Source: Pocillopora damicornis | Taxonomy: Eukaryota | Assembly: GCF_003704095.1 (NCBI RefSeq) | Contig: NW_020846655.1 | Span: forward strand, 372,001-436,000 | DNA: 64,000 nucleotides | Direction of reading: 5' to 3' | Shown here: positions 50,958 through 62,363 of the stretch, one piece after another | Layout: each line of letters begins with the position of its first letter | How positions within the stretch are numbered: position 1 is the first letter of the stretch | The notes under the pieces: generated by a model | Databases searched by the model: none | The model's input: only the letters and a program-made list of their open reading frames with translations | What the model was told of the DNA's origin: nothing | Position numbers and translations under genes: made by a program

Positions 50958-51511
50958 TTTCAGGCGGTATTTTTCAGACCAGTGGAGAAGTAACTGCCAA
51001 ACACTTCCTGACAATACACAGCTGGGAGTTTAAAAGTTGTTCATTTACATTGGATAAAACCGACGATATGATAATGCGAACGTGTGGCGTTCAGATTTGC
51101 ATACATGAAACAGTTTGATTGGGCTTAGCGAATGAGAAGTGAATCTCAAAACGTCACTATCGCAATATTAGCCTCAATGGACAAACATACATGACTCACC
51201 TTGGAAAAAATTAAATATCCATTAACGAAAATGGGATAATTGGGTGCACTCTCGTGAATATAATGACTCTTTCGTAGAACTACATCATTTATTTGCTCAG
51301 TTGGAACATCCAACTGCAATAATAAACAGAAACGAAATAATAATGAGCGAGCTCGATTACCGATTTTCAAACCTTGTCTTATCGCCATGCCGTTTGAACA
51401 ATGAAAGCACTTTCTGCTGATAAAAACTGTATCGGAAAATTAATTTAAAAAATTCTGAAGCTTTGTTTTGAGACCAAGAAAAGAAACTTACGGGAGTTCA
51501 TTAAATTAGCA

Positions 51512-52239
51512 TACCGTAAACTGCCGCTTGTAGGCGCCGCGCTGATGCAACTTCGCAAGGGATTTTAGAAGGGCTGATAAACGGTGGGGCTTATATTCGA
51601 GGGGGCTTATATCCAAGGGGGCTTATGACCGGTATAGAAAAAATGGTTCGAAAAGAGCCATAGCAGTACTGATTAGAACGCGTTTTGCGTTCACTAGTTC
51701 TTAATTAGGCTTCAAAACTTCAAAATCGACTTCGCATCAATACCTTTGAATTAATGTGTATATGTTATCTCTTGGGGAACAAGGTGCACAAAGCGCAGGT
51801 AAGGAAACAAATACGTGAGACGCAGAGTGCATTATATAGACTATCATCATAATCAATGGCAAATTCGTGCTGTACACAAAAAAAGATCGTCGTTAAGTTG
51901 AGTGTATGCGATAAGTTGATTGTATGCGTGAAGTTGAAGCCTGTTAACTCAGTGTTCCACAATAATACCACAATGAAGCATTGAAAAGTTCCGTCAATAG
52001 TATATTACATTGAAGTTTTAGTCATATAAGTGAAAAGTTGATGGTTAAAAAGAAGTAATAAACTTATTGCTCTGCAATAATTTTTCAAATTTTGTTTGAA
52101 GTGGTACAGACTTCTTATCTCTCAAAATACGATAAGCAAAAGAAGGGGCTTACATGATCGGATGTATTTGGTGGATTGGCCAATAGACTTATTACCCAAG
52201 GAGGGGAGGGGCGGGGCTTATAAGAGGCAGTTTACGGTA
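51512..52239. mobile_element. Non-autonomous DNA transposon (Tc1/mariner-pogo-like MITE)
   Basis: Termini TACCGTAAACTGCCGCTTGTAGGCGCC ... GGGGCTTATAAGAGGCAGTTTACGGTA with TA ends, and internal GGGGCTTAT subterminal repeats. Confidence 0.75.
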
Positions 52240-53198
52240 CTTGGCAGTGGTATAAATTAAAGCCCGAGACACAATTTTTAGAGTATCGGTTCCAAGAAAA
52301 TCAAACAATGCCATCATGTTAATATTTTCCTTTTTCTCATTCCACTCATCTCCTTGCTGTTTGAAAATGTAAGGATTCTGTAAGGAGAATGTTTATTTTT
52401 CTCTTGGGAGTAAAAGATCAACCTGTACTTTCTTGTGAATATCTCAGTTGTTTGTTCTCGTAATTGTTTCTAACCTTGATATCTCGTCAAGCTTGGGATA
52501 GCTTAATCTCACCAGCCCCACACTTAGATAGAAAATTCTTCTTTTTATTTTATTTAAGTTCTTTATTCGTCCTGCTATTGTTAAGCGAGTTGTCTCCAAG
52601 TGTAATATTTGAATGATATGTGACTCGATTCGGTTTTCATTCCGCCAAATGTAGATTGAACACTGCATGTTATATCCTGACCCAGCCATTCCAGGCGCGA
52701 TAGTAAAGGAGGAGTAGAAAGACAAGGGAGGTTTGGATCGAGTCTATCGCGCCGTTTTCTATTTCGCACGGATTTCGCACCGTTTTACTTGGTAAATCAC
52801 TATCTACGTATTCCCATATGGATTTAGACTTCTTTGACGAGTGTTTATCACCAGTCGAACTCCGTCTAATTGCGTCATACTTCTACTTCCCTATGTACAT
52901 TTTTTAATTTTTCCATTGAATCAGTTAGTATTCTCCTAACATGTTACCAATTCTATTTATAATTAACAAACGATAATTTAACAATTTCCCATCCAGTTCT
53001 TTAGGCGTGTGGATTAACCATGATCTTGCATCCTTTCCCAGATTTCAGCAAGTCAAAAGCCTGTAATGAAACAGTTAACAAATCAGAATTATTCTGACTT
53101 GCTTACTGGCAAGGAATGGTTCTGTGTCATTCTGTTAAATTGCGTATATTATGGTATGCCAGTGCCAGTTGGAAGCAACAAGCATTCTAATAGGGGCA

Positions 53199-53455
53199 AT
53201 TGTGAAGAACAGCTCCCCTCACCGACAGTCGGCTGACTGTTGGTAATCTGTCGGCCGACTGTCAGCAATCTGTTGGCCGACTGTCGACCAACACCTTACC
53301 GACAGTTGACTGACAGATTTATTTAGATTTTTCTGAAAAGGATAATTGTGAAGAACAGCTCCCCTCCACCAACAGTCGGCCAACAGTCTGCCGACAGTTG
53401 GCCAACACTAAACCCACAGGCCACCGAAAGGTAACCAACAGGTTAGCAACAGGCG
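53199..53455. repeat. Duplicated repeat head followed by short palindromic CCGACAG/CTGTCGG arrays
   Basis: AATTGTGAAGAACAGCTCCCCT occurs at 53199 and ~53344, each followed by degenerate CCGACAGTCGGCCGACTGTCGG units. Confidence 0.65.
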
Positions 53456-53863
53456 GTGAAATAATTTTACTAGTGCATTTTTGCACTCAAAAATCGATGT
53501 AAAACTTACTATAAATGCTTAAAATTTTTCAAAATGCCACTAAAACTAAAAGGCACACGAACATTCCCCATGCATTAAACAAAAGTGTGTTAATGTTCTC
53601 CATTGAAAAGTGTGGTTAAGAATCGCCCTATAATGCAATGCTATCCCAATTGGTACATCATATATAAATAGAGACTGTGGGAAATTCAGAGGGGGATTGG
53701 GACAAAGTTAAAATCCAAAATGGCGAACGAACCGAGAATCGAAGTGAGTGTTGGAAGAGAAATNNNNNNNNNNNNNNNNNNNNNNNNNNNNNNNNNNNNN
53801 NNNNNNNNNNNNNNNNNNNNNNNNNNNNNNNNNNNNNNNNNNNNNNNNNNNNNNNNNNNNNNN

Positions 53864-54877
53864 GTCGTGTATGAAGCTATGGATAACCGAGCTTTAGCCA
53901 CAGATTGTTTCAAAGATGCGCTCAAAAATGACGTGCATTGTTTTGAAGCGTTTGATCTGCTTGTTTCTCATCACATGCTGACCGATAAGGAGGAACGAGA
54001 GTTGCTGTCTTGCCTGCCTTTCTCAGAGCAATGCATGCCTGAAGAGGTTGATTTGTTGAAGTTCTTGTACGAAGGCAAGGTGAAGAGGTACTGCAAACCT
54101 GTTGACCCAAAGCTACCTCCTGGTTTGGAAACCCTGTACGACAACCTGGATGTAGTTGCTGGAATGGCTGAGCGGCACTTTTACAACTGCAGTTACTATC
54201 AGTCATACAAGATGACATCTGCTGTCCTGACGTCTGATCCTTATCATGAGGCTTGCTTGCCCATTCATATCACCTGCCTGGTAGAACTGAAGAAAACGAA
54301 TGAGCTATTCTACCTTGGACATAAGCTTGTTGATAACTATCCTCAAAAGGCTGTCGCTTGGTATGCAGTTGGCTGTTATTACTATGTCATTGAAAAGTAT
54401 GAGCAGGCTAGGAGGTACTTTAGCAAAGCTACCAGTATAGAACGAGTTTATGGACCAGCATGGCTTGCATTTGGGCATGCTTTTGCAGCAGAAGGAGAGC
54501 ATGATCAAGCAATGGCAGCTTACTTTGCAGCTTCTAAGCTAATGCCAAGATGCCATCTGCCTCTTCTCTATATTGGTCTGGAGTATGGAAAAACCAATAA
54601 TGCAAAACTGGCTGAGAGATTTTTTGAACAGGCTTTAATTCTTTCACCAGATGATCCTTTTGTGAAGCAAGAGATGGGCGTGATTGCCTTTCAAAATGGA
54701 GATTATCTTTCTGCAGAAAAGAACTTCAAGGCAGCTCTCCAGAAAGCACAGATCACTAGCGGGGAAGTTCTCTCAGAAACTTGGGAGACACTGCTCAGTA
54801 ACCTTGGCCATGCCTGCCGCAAGCTAGGGAGATACCAAGAAGCATTACGATACCACAAGCAAGCACTTGTTCTTGTT
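53864..54877 (+). CDS. CDC16: APC/C subunit CDC16/APC6, internal TPR fragment bounded by gaps on both sides
   Basis: YEAMDNRALA..CFEAFDLLVSHHML, AERHFYNC, LFYLGHKLVDNYP, WYAVGCYY, GPAWLAFGHAFAAEGEHDQAMAAYF, CHLPLLYIGLEY, WETLLSNLGHACRKL. No intron in 1014 bp. Confidence 0.93.
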
Positions 54878-56577
54878 NNNNNNNNNNNNNNNNNNNNNNN
54901 NNNNNNNNNNNNNNNNNNNNNNNNNNNNNNNNNNNNNNNNNNNNNNNNNNNNNNNNNNNNNNNNNNNNNNNNNNNNNGTGTCAAAACGTTGGGTCTATGA
55001 ATTGTAAATTCTTCAGTTACATTCATTAAATCTGCAAACCAGAGTAGCATCAAACTATGTCAGATCAGACACATGTTAAGAATGATATTTGAAACAGTTT
55101 GCTAACAAAGAGAAACAACACCACCTTGGAAAGATGATTGTGCACTAAGGAGGGTAATCACCAGGTAGTAATATTGTGAATGTGACAAAAATTTACCATG
55201 CTGTGGTTGGCTGGCATGTTTTACATGACATGTGATGCAACATGCTATACTGTCAGTCCTCTCTAATATGAACACTGAAGGGAAAGAGCAAAGTGTCTGT
55301 CCCAGCGAGGTCAGCACAAATTAATGGCATCTACTTTACAATTTCACTGGAAGTTTTAACATGTTTAGTACAGTGCTCTCAATAAGACCTGGCACCTGCC
55401 AGAGCTCCAGCGAGTATTCTCTTGTGAATCACTAGGTAAACTTTGGAAGCTTTTAAGTAAACTTATGAAGTGAGACCTAAAACACCTCGAGATCCCCTAG
55501 AGTTCTTTCAGTTGACTTTAAGCATTATAAACAAGTTTTGATTAAAATGATTGATATTGTCATATAATGTATTCCAGTGTACATTTCATAAATTTCCAAG
55601 AATATAGTGACTCAAATTTGAACAGTGACCATATTTCCTTTCAGAGCACTTAAGTGTGAAATTCATGGAGCAGGTTTACAAGTCAGCTAAAGGTAGATTT
55701 TGACTGGAAATAATACAGTCAGTTAAACAATTGTTATGAAGGAGACAAATATGTGATGATCATCTACAGAAGTTTAACACCGAAAACTCTGTTTGAAGCC
55801 ATTTTATTCTCATTGGAAGTAATTAGATAACAAGAGGGAAATTGTTGTTCATGTTATCCTCCAGTGGGTGCTTTACCGAGGTGACCACCTTCTTCAAATC
55901 TTATTGAAAGCACTGCTAGTAAGAAAAAACAGGTACACACAGGGATCTTAATGTGCAAACATACAGTATTGAGACACAGAAGAATGAAACCAACTTCAGA
56001 ATAATGTTGCACCTAAAAGAGTGGTAGTATACTTCAGTTTGTGAAATAATTGTTTTTCAAAAGTTTTCAATGGCAGTAAATAGTAGCGAAATTAAAAAAA
56101 TTGCAAATTTTAGCCACATAAACCTTCAAAAGTCTTAACATTTTTTGGAAATACTCAAATACTCCACCTGTCTAAAAAAAGTTTATGATGCGAGGTTTTG
56201 CCAAATGAACTCCCTGGCAATTATGCCTTTGATTTGTCAGTGATTAGACACTGCTTTTGCTAAGTACCTATATCCTTTGGCAAGGCCTAGCTTCAGTAAA
56301 AAAAAACATCAATGTTTGTGTAACTGTAAACAGGAGATTGTATCTCATACATCAACTCCTGTCACCTGATCACTTAAGCATATGCTGTTTAAGGCAAAGA
56401 TTTATTGTCCCTTATCCATTTTAGAGTCCACACTTAGCAGAAGTTTTTTTTTAAGAAAATAATTTTGTTTGTTAGGCTTTGGTTTCAACAAGAGAAATTT
56501 TCTGTAGTATTAAAGTGTACTGAAGGAGTGGCTCACCTGTAATTTTTAGCCTTTGTTAAGAGATCAGTGGATGGTTT

Positions 56578-56856
56578 TTTTCTAGAGTATTATGGGGAGG
56601 ACATTACTTAACATGTGAATGTGCAAGATTATGAGACAAGAAAGGGTTTTTTCTTGCTCATAGCATAAGCTATGGAAACCAATCTTGTGTGTTTTTTTAA
56701 TTAGAAGGCATAGTTATTTTCTAGAGGATTATAGGGAGAACATTACTAAAGATCATGTGATTGTGCAGATTATGAGACAGGGAAAGGTTGTCTTGTTCTC
56801 AGAGTAAGCTACAGTTGCTGTGAAAAACTGATCTTGTGTTCCTTAATTAGAAGGCA
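56578..56856. repeat. Old tandem duplication, two ~135-bp units
   Basis: TTTTCTAGAG.ATTAT.GGGAG.ACATTACT...GATTATGAGACA...TTAATTAGAAGGCA occurs twice in succession. Confidence 0.75.
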
Positions 56857-58762
56857 GTTGTTTTTAAAAAAGAAAGCTCATTAATTATTCAAACTTCTGA
56901 TTCTAGAAACACTGAGATATACTGAAATTTATACTGTTCGCAGTTTGTTTGATTAGGTTTGTTAGCAAAACATCAAAACAGGTAAGCAGCGAAGTGGATT
57001 ATCTAGATATGCATTTTTTTCTCCCTGTTCATTAACTAAGGACCCACCCCTTGACCTGCAAATAACTACCTACAAATTCATGTTGCTCACATGCAAGAAC
57101 AAAGTGTGTTTTACAGCAAAGAATATTCAGCTCATGAGTAGATGTCTTTCCCTATCAGTGGAAAATGGCAGATCACTTCTATAAGCTATTCGATTTGCAA
57201 ATCTCAAAATACCTTATAATGGAGGCAAACTCCATGAACTATTGAACAAGACCATGGCAAAATATTCTGATTTGTTAGTAACACACCCATCTGTTGTTTG
57301 CCTCAGTCTTCCTCCATGGTAAATCATCAGTCTGCCATTAAGAATTCACTTTATTTTGCTTAACCATGTCCAAAAATTGTTGATTTGTTGATGACATCTG
57401 AGTGGAGGATAACATTTATGGGAGCACTCCCAAAAAACAGAAGTCAACTATCAGGATTGAGCTTTGTCTTAAACAATAACCTCACTGAATACAAGGTAAT
57501 CCAAGTTAGCAGTTACTAATAGAGGTGCTGTACACAGTTTATGAAATAAAACAAAAGGATCTATCAAGGAAAAAAGTTGAGATTAAAGAAATGAAGATAC
57601 TTTCAATACCTCAAAAATAATAGAGGGCCTTTGTATATTTCACTGTCTTATTTTAACTCAGATTTCCATTAAATTTTTACAATCATAATAAACACAACTA
57701 TTACCTTTCAGAACATTCAGTGGATACTATTTTGCTATGATTCTCTCAGCTGGCCTTAAACCCTAATATGCTGTACAATAAGTTCATGGAGAGAAAATTT
57801 CTGTCCTTTCCAGAGCTTCAAAGAAGAAAATAATTGTTGAGAGATATGTGGAGTTGATATATCAAACTTAAATGTCTCCCAGTTGGTTTTCATTTAGGGT
57901 GGGGTGGGTGGTACTCAACCAAAAACACCTAAGGATGTGGCCCCCTTAGATCCAAATCCTTATCCTTCATAGGCCACTTTTAATAAAAAAGATAGCCCTT
58001 TGATATAAAAAAAGAGGAAGAAACCCTCCAAACAGTGGTAAAAAATTGAGTTACAGTAAGTTACATCCCTTTTATTCACATGACTGATGACTGGCTAATC
58101 CTCATTAACCAAACAGGTCAAGAGAATAAAAAAATTGGAGGGGNNNNNNNNNNNNNNNNNNNNNNNNNNNNNNNNNNNNNNNNNNNNNNNNNNNNNNNNN
58201 NNNNNNNNNNNNNNNNNNNNNNNNNNNNNNNNNNNNNNNNNNNNNNNNNNNNNNNNNNNNNNNNNNNNNNNNNNNNNNNNNNNNNNNNNNNNNNNNNNNN
58301 NNAGGAGAAATTCTGTCTTGGTCACTTGTGGGGGTGAAAGGGTTAAGGATGTGGTCTTTTAGATCCAAATCCTTATCCTTCATCGGCCACTTTAAACCAT
58401 AAAGATAGCCCTTTGATTTAAAAAAAAAAGAAAATGGAGTTACAGTAAGTTACATCCCTTTTGTTCGCAAGACTGATAACTGGCTAATCCTCATTAACCA
58501 AACAGGTCAAGAGAATAACAAAAATTTTCTGGGATATCATTTGGATCTGACCCCCAAATAGTCAGGACTAACCCAAATAGAAATTTATTGACACTGATTA
58601 GTTTGCTGAAGGCAGTTAAGGCTAAGCATCCCTGGGCAAGCATATTTAGAAACCACCCTCCCCTCCCCCTCAAATTCCACCCGTGGAAGGAGGGTTTCCT
58701 GGACTACATACAAGAATATCAGCATGGGTCCTTTGCGCTATCTACGTGCTCATTTCAACGGT

Positions 58763-59365
58763 TCATTTTATATTTCTAACAATTCTTCGGCAGTGGGCAG
58801 TTTTCATTTCTTGCATTGCGTTTTCCAACTCTGAAGTAAGGTGAATCAAGTTCACTGGATCAGTTTGAAATATGTCTGCGGACTTCTTCTCTCCCTGTTT
58901 TGTATGCAACCTCATAAAGATCACAGGGTTTGTCTGATGCTGCAGTGACCTGCTGGCAAGCTCTACATCGAATCTCCATTCCAGGTCGTGGTAATGTGGG
59001 GTTCGCAAGCTCATCTCTCCCAAGATGTTCCTAATTTCTTTGCGATTTTCCAAATACATCTTCAACAATGCACCGATCATTTCTTCGGAGAAACCAAGTG
59101 TCATGATGGAATCTTGAAAATCAATTTCGCCGACCATCAAGCGAGAACTCTCTGTGAAGACATGCTGTAAACCACTAATTCCATTTTTCACGGTGTCCAC
59201 TTCAACAGCGAGCTTTTGAGCGGCCGCTTGGAAGATTTTGGGATTCGAAGAGCCTTTGAGAATAGAATCCAGGGATATTCGGGCAAACTCAAGGACCACA
59301 TCGAGTTCCAAAGATGTTAAGAACTTCAAATGTTCTTTTTGCTGCTCAGAAAGAATAAGAAGCAT
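58763..59365 (-). CDS. COMMD2: COMM domain-containing protein 2, single coding exon, 200 aa
   Basis: MLLILSEQQKEHLKFL start; COMM domain PHYHDLEWRFDVELASRSL...QTDPVNLIHLTSELENAMQEMKTAHCRRIVRNIK. Confidence 0.93.
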   Translation of the reverse strand: MLLILSEQQKEHLKFLTSLELDVVLEFARISLDSILKGSSNPKIFQAAAQKLAVEVDTVKNGISGLQHVFTESSRLMVGEIDFQDSIMTLGFSEEMIGALLKMYLENRKEIRNILGEMSLRTPHYHDLEWRFDVELASRSLQHQTNPVIFMRLHTKQGEKKSADIFQTDPVNLIHLTSELENAMQEMKTAHCRRIVRNIK

Positions 59366-59529
59366 AATAATCCTGGTAAGCGAGACAAGCAATGACAGAA
59401 TCTGTATGGAGGAAAGGAGTGTAGACTGAAAGCAGGTTGAGGATTCCTGGAAACTAATCAACTTGGTAGCCAAGCTTTACATTCATTATGGCGGACGATG
59501 TCTAAAATTGCACTTGCTTTTCCGACGAA
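59366..59529. promoter_or_regulatory. Compact bidirectional promoter between COMMD2 and JMJD7
   Basis: Only 164 bp separate the divergent ATGs; YY1-like ATTATGGCGGAC at 59485. Confidence 0.65.
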
Positions 59530-60501
59530 ATGGCCTCGGTCAATACGTTATCAGAAGTGTTAGAAAACTTATCAATCGAAGCGAAAGAACTATATCTCAG
59601 TTCAGAGGTGTCAAGGCTTGGAAAACCTCCGACTCCCCTGGAATTTGTGAGGGACTGGGTGAGCCCTAATGTTCCAGTTATCATCAAAAACGCGTTCAAT
59701 CATTGGCCAGCGCTTAAAAAATGGAATTGTGATTATTTGAGACAGAAAATTGGACACAAGACCGTAACTGTTGCGGTCACACCCAATGGATATGCTGATG
59801 CGGTAGTGGGAGATAGGTTTGTCTTACCAGAAGAACGGGAGATGGAATTCTCCAAGTTTGTAGATATTCTTGAAGGAAAATCTAAAGAAAGAGGGATATT
59901 TTATGTTCAGAAACAAAATTCCAACTTAACGAGCGATTTTAAAGAATTATGCGAAGAAGCAGCATGTGATGTACCTTGGGCAACCCAAGCATTTGGCAAA
60001 AATCCTGATGCAGTCAACTTTTGGATGGGAGACAATAGAGCAGTCACCTCGATGCACAAAGATCACTATGAAAACTTGTATTGCGTGATTTCTGGTACTA
60101 AAGTTTTCACATTGTTACCACCAAGTGATCTGCCTTTGGTTCCTTATGAATTATATTCACCAGCCAGATATAAAGCTAACAATGATGGAGTATTTGAAAT
60201 TGTTGATGAAGTTGATGAGAACTTAACAAAAACAGCACCAAAACAAAAAGTGCCCTGGATTGCTGTTGATCCACTGAATCCAGATCTGAATAAATATCCG
60301 AACTATGCTAAAGCTAACCCTGTCAATTGTGTAGTGAATGCAGGGGAGATGCTATATCTACCTTCCTTGTGGTTTCATCATGTTCAACAATCTCATGGGT
60401 GCATTGCAATCAATTTTTGGTATGATATGGACTATGATATCAAGTACAACTACTACAAATTTGTTGAGGCTGTGGCTGGCCTTGCCAACAATCATTCGTA
60501 A
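59530..60501 (+). CDS. JMJD7: JmjC-domain 2-oxoglutarate oxygenase JMJD7, single exon, 323 aa
   Basis: [68 protein letters not shown] (HxD), [29 protein letters not shown]. Confidence 0.95.
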   Translation: MASVNTLSEVLENLSIEAKELYLSSEVSRLGKPPTPLEFVRDWVSPNVPVIIKNAFNHWPALKKWNCDYLRQKIGHKTVTVAVTPNGYADAVVGDRFVLPEEREMEFSKFVDILEGKSKERGIFYVQKQNSNLTSDFKELCEEAACDVPWATQAFGKNPDAVNFWMGDNRAVTSMHKDHYENLYCVISGTKVFTLLPPSDLPLVPYELYSPARYKANNDGVFEIVDEVDENLTKTAPKQKVPWIAVDPLNPDLNKYPNYAKANPVNCVVNAGEMLYLPSLWFHHVQQSHGCIAINFWYDMDYDIKYNYYKFVEAVAGLANNHS

Positions 60502-61567
60502 ATTTTTTTTCTGCTGGGAAGCAACGGCTCACTTTTGACAACTCATACAAATTCAGAGGCCCTTCATTGGAAATTATCCTTTCATGATAGGTGAACATTT
60601 TTGTTGATTCTGCTCCAGCACAAGTCTGTCATCGGCATCAGTGGGCTGAAAAACAGATAGAGTTTGACTTCTACTAGGTATTCTTTGAAACTTGGAAAAT
60701 CTTGTTGAAATCAAAGTCAGTGTTTTTTTACTTGTCTTAGATGCAGACTTGTCGAATGATCAAGTTGTGACAGAACTGTTTCTCACTGTAAGATAACCTC
60801 TCACAAATTGGTTGTTTAATTCAGGTCAACTCTTGCCATGCCATTAGTCCCACAGCTAAGCATATCATGTATAGCTACAGTGCATGATTTCTACAGGTAA
60901 TCATGTCAAGTTTGCACACTTTTTATTGCTTGCTCATTTGTATATTTTTACAAGTTTAGAAGTAAATTATCAGTTCCACTTACTGTTGTGACCATTTTTT
61001 TTCATTCAGTGTATAATAAAACAATTATTACATTCAGTTTTTGTGATATCCAGATTAAACAAGATCTTGTTAAGGGTTATCAGCCAAAGACTTTGACTTG
61101 GGCTGTTAACCCCCACCTTGACCATTCTGGTTATCACAAAAGCATCATCCAATAATTGTTTAACATTACCAAAGCTTATTCTGTGTGTAGTTCTCTCTGA
61201 TCAAGGATGTGTTTCCAATGTAAACATAAGTTGTGAGTGATTGAAGAGCTACCTCTCTTATAAGATGCCTTTCCTGAGAACAGTTTAAGTGAGCCAGTGG
61301 CATTAGCTCACACCTGGAACTTACCAAGGTTAATTCAAGAGCACTAATTTACATTATTCCCTTTAAAATATTCAGTTGAGATTCTTTGATTTAACTTGAC
61401 ATAATAAATCTTTAACCATGAAATAGTAATGGAAAAAAATGAAGTAAAATGATGAGGTAACCATGCTTGTTTTATCACTGTGTGAAGTTATTTCACATGT
61501 TCTCTACTTAATTGCACAGGAAACACTTAAACCTTGCATCAGAACTACCACCTCCACCACATACAAT

Positions 61568-61765
61568 TTAACCCTTGAACTCCCAAGATCTGACTGTTAA
61601 TCCTCCCCTCTAGCTGCTACATATTTATTTGTCCAAGTCTGGTTTTCGATCAAGATGACAACATCTACCTGATGAGACCGAGTATTCTCATTACCTTTTT
61701 GCTGGATAATGTATGAATACTATGAGAAGTTACATGTTGATCAACTATGATAGTTAGAGCATTAA
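61568..61765. mobile_element. Uninterrupted copy of the TTAACCCTT-terminal MITE family
   Basis: TTAACCCTTGAACTCCCAAGATCTGACTGTTAATCCTCCCCTCTAGCTGC... is colinear with the flanks of the 43250 element and lacks the SINE. Confidence 0.7.
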
Positions 61766-62363
61766 TTTAGTTTCTTCTTCCAATACAAATTAACAATTAG
61801 TCTATTGTTCAACCTGTTTCCCCTATTTTGCATGATACCATTTTGAGAAATAAAAGTACTCCATATGGTTAATTCCATTCATTATACAATCCAGATGGTT
61901 TTCATGTCATTACACAAATTCTCAGTTCCCTTTTTAATCGGGGCTTTCAATGCAGGGAAGCACAAATGCCACAACACAATGAGGTAGGAAGCAAACTGTG
62001 ACACAGTTGTTTCTCATCATTTTTTTTTTAATAAACAAGAAATTAAATTAGTTCTGGTAACTACAGCAAGAGTAACCACAGGAGATAGGCCTTTCCATGC
62101 TAGAAAAAGATTATAACAAATTTAACCCAGCAAAGAGCAAGAGAATATTACCAGATAACAATTCAGTATTTCCACATTTTCCTCTAAAAAGAAATGATAA
62201 ATGTATACCTAGATGATGAAGAGGCCCTTTTTTTTTTTCTGCAAGCTTCTTCACATGAAGCAATTTGATACACCACCTAAATCTCAGTCACACACCATTT
62301 AATTAGGTGTGCTTTGTGGAGATCTTTTCAGTCAATAAAAATGCCTAGATGCATCAGATTCAA

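Noticed and set aside
53720-55000. 426-aa ORF as full-length CDC16
   Set aside because: The frame is carried through two N-gaps of unknown true size; only 53864-54877 is supported.
57240-57560. Possible decayed reverse transcriptase (FVDDI-like word)
   Set aside because: Too short and interrupted by stops and frameshifts to support a call.
59366-59473. N-terminal extension of COMMD2 in the ORF track (also similar extensions for GORAB at 44983 and RING-NHL at 51014)
   Set aside because: These come from TTG starts allowed by the ORF caller; the plausible ATGs are at 59365, 45004 and 50957.
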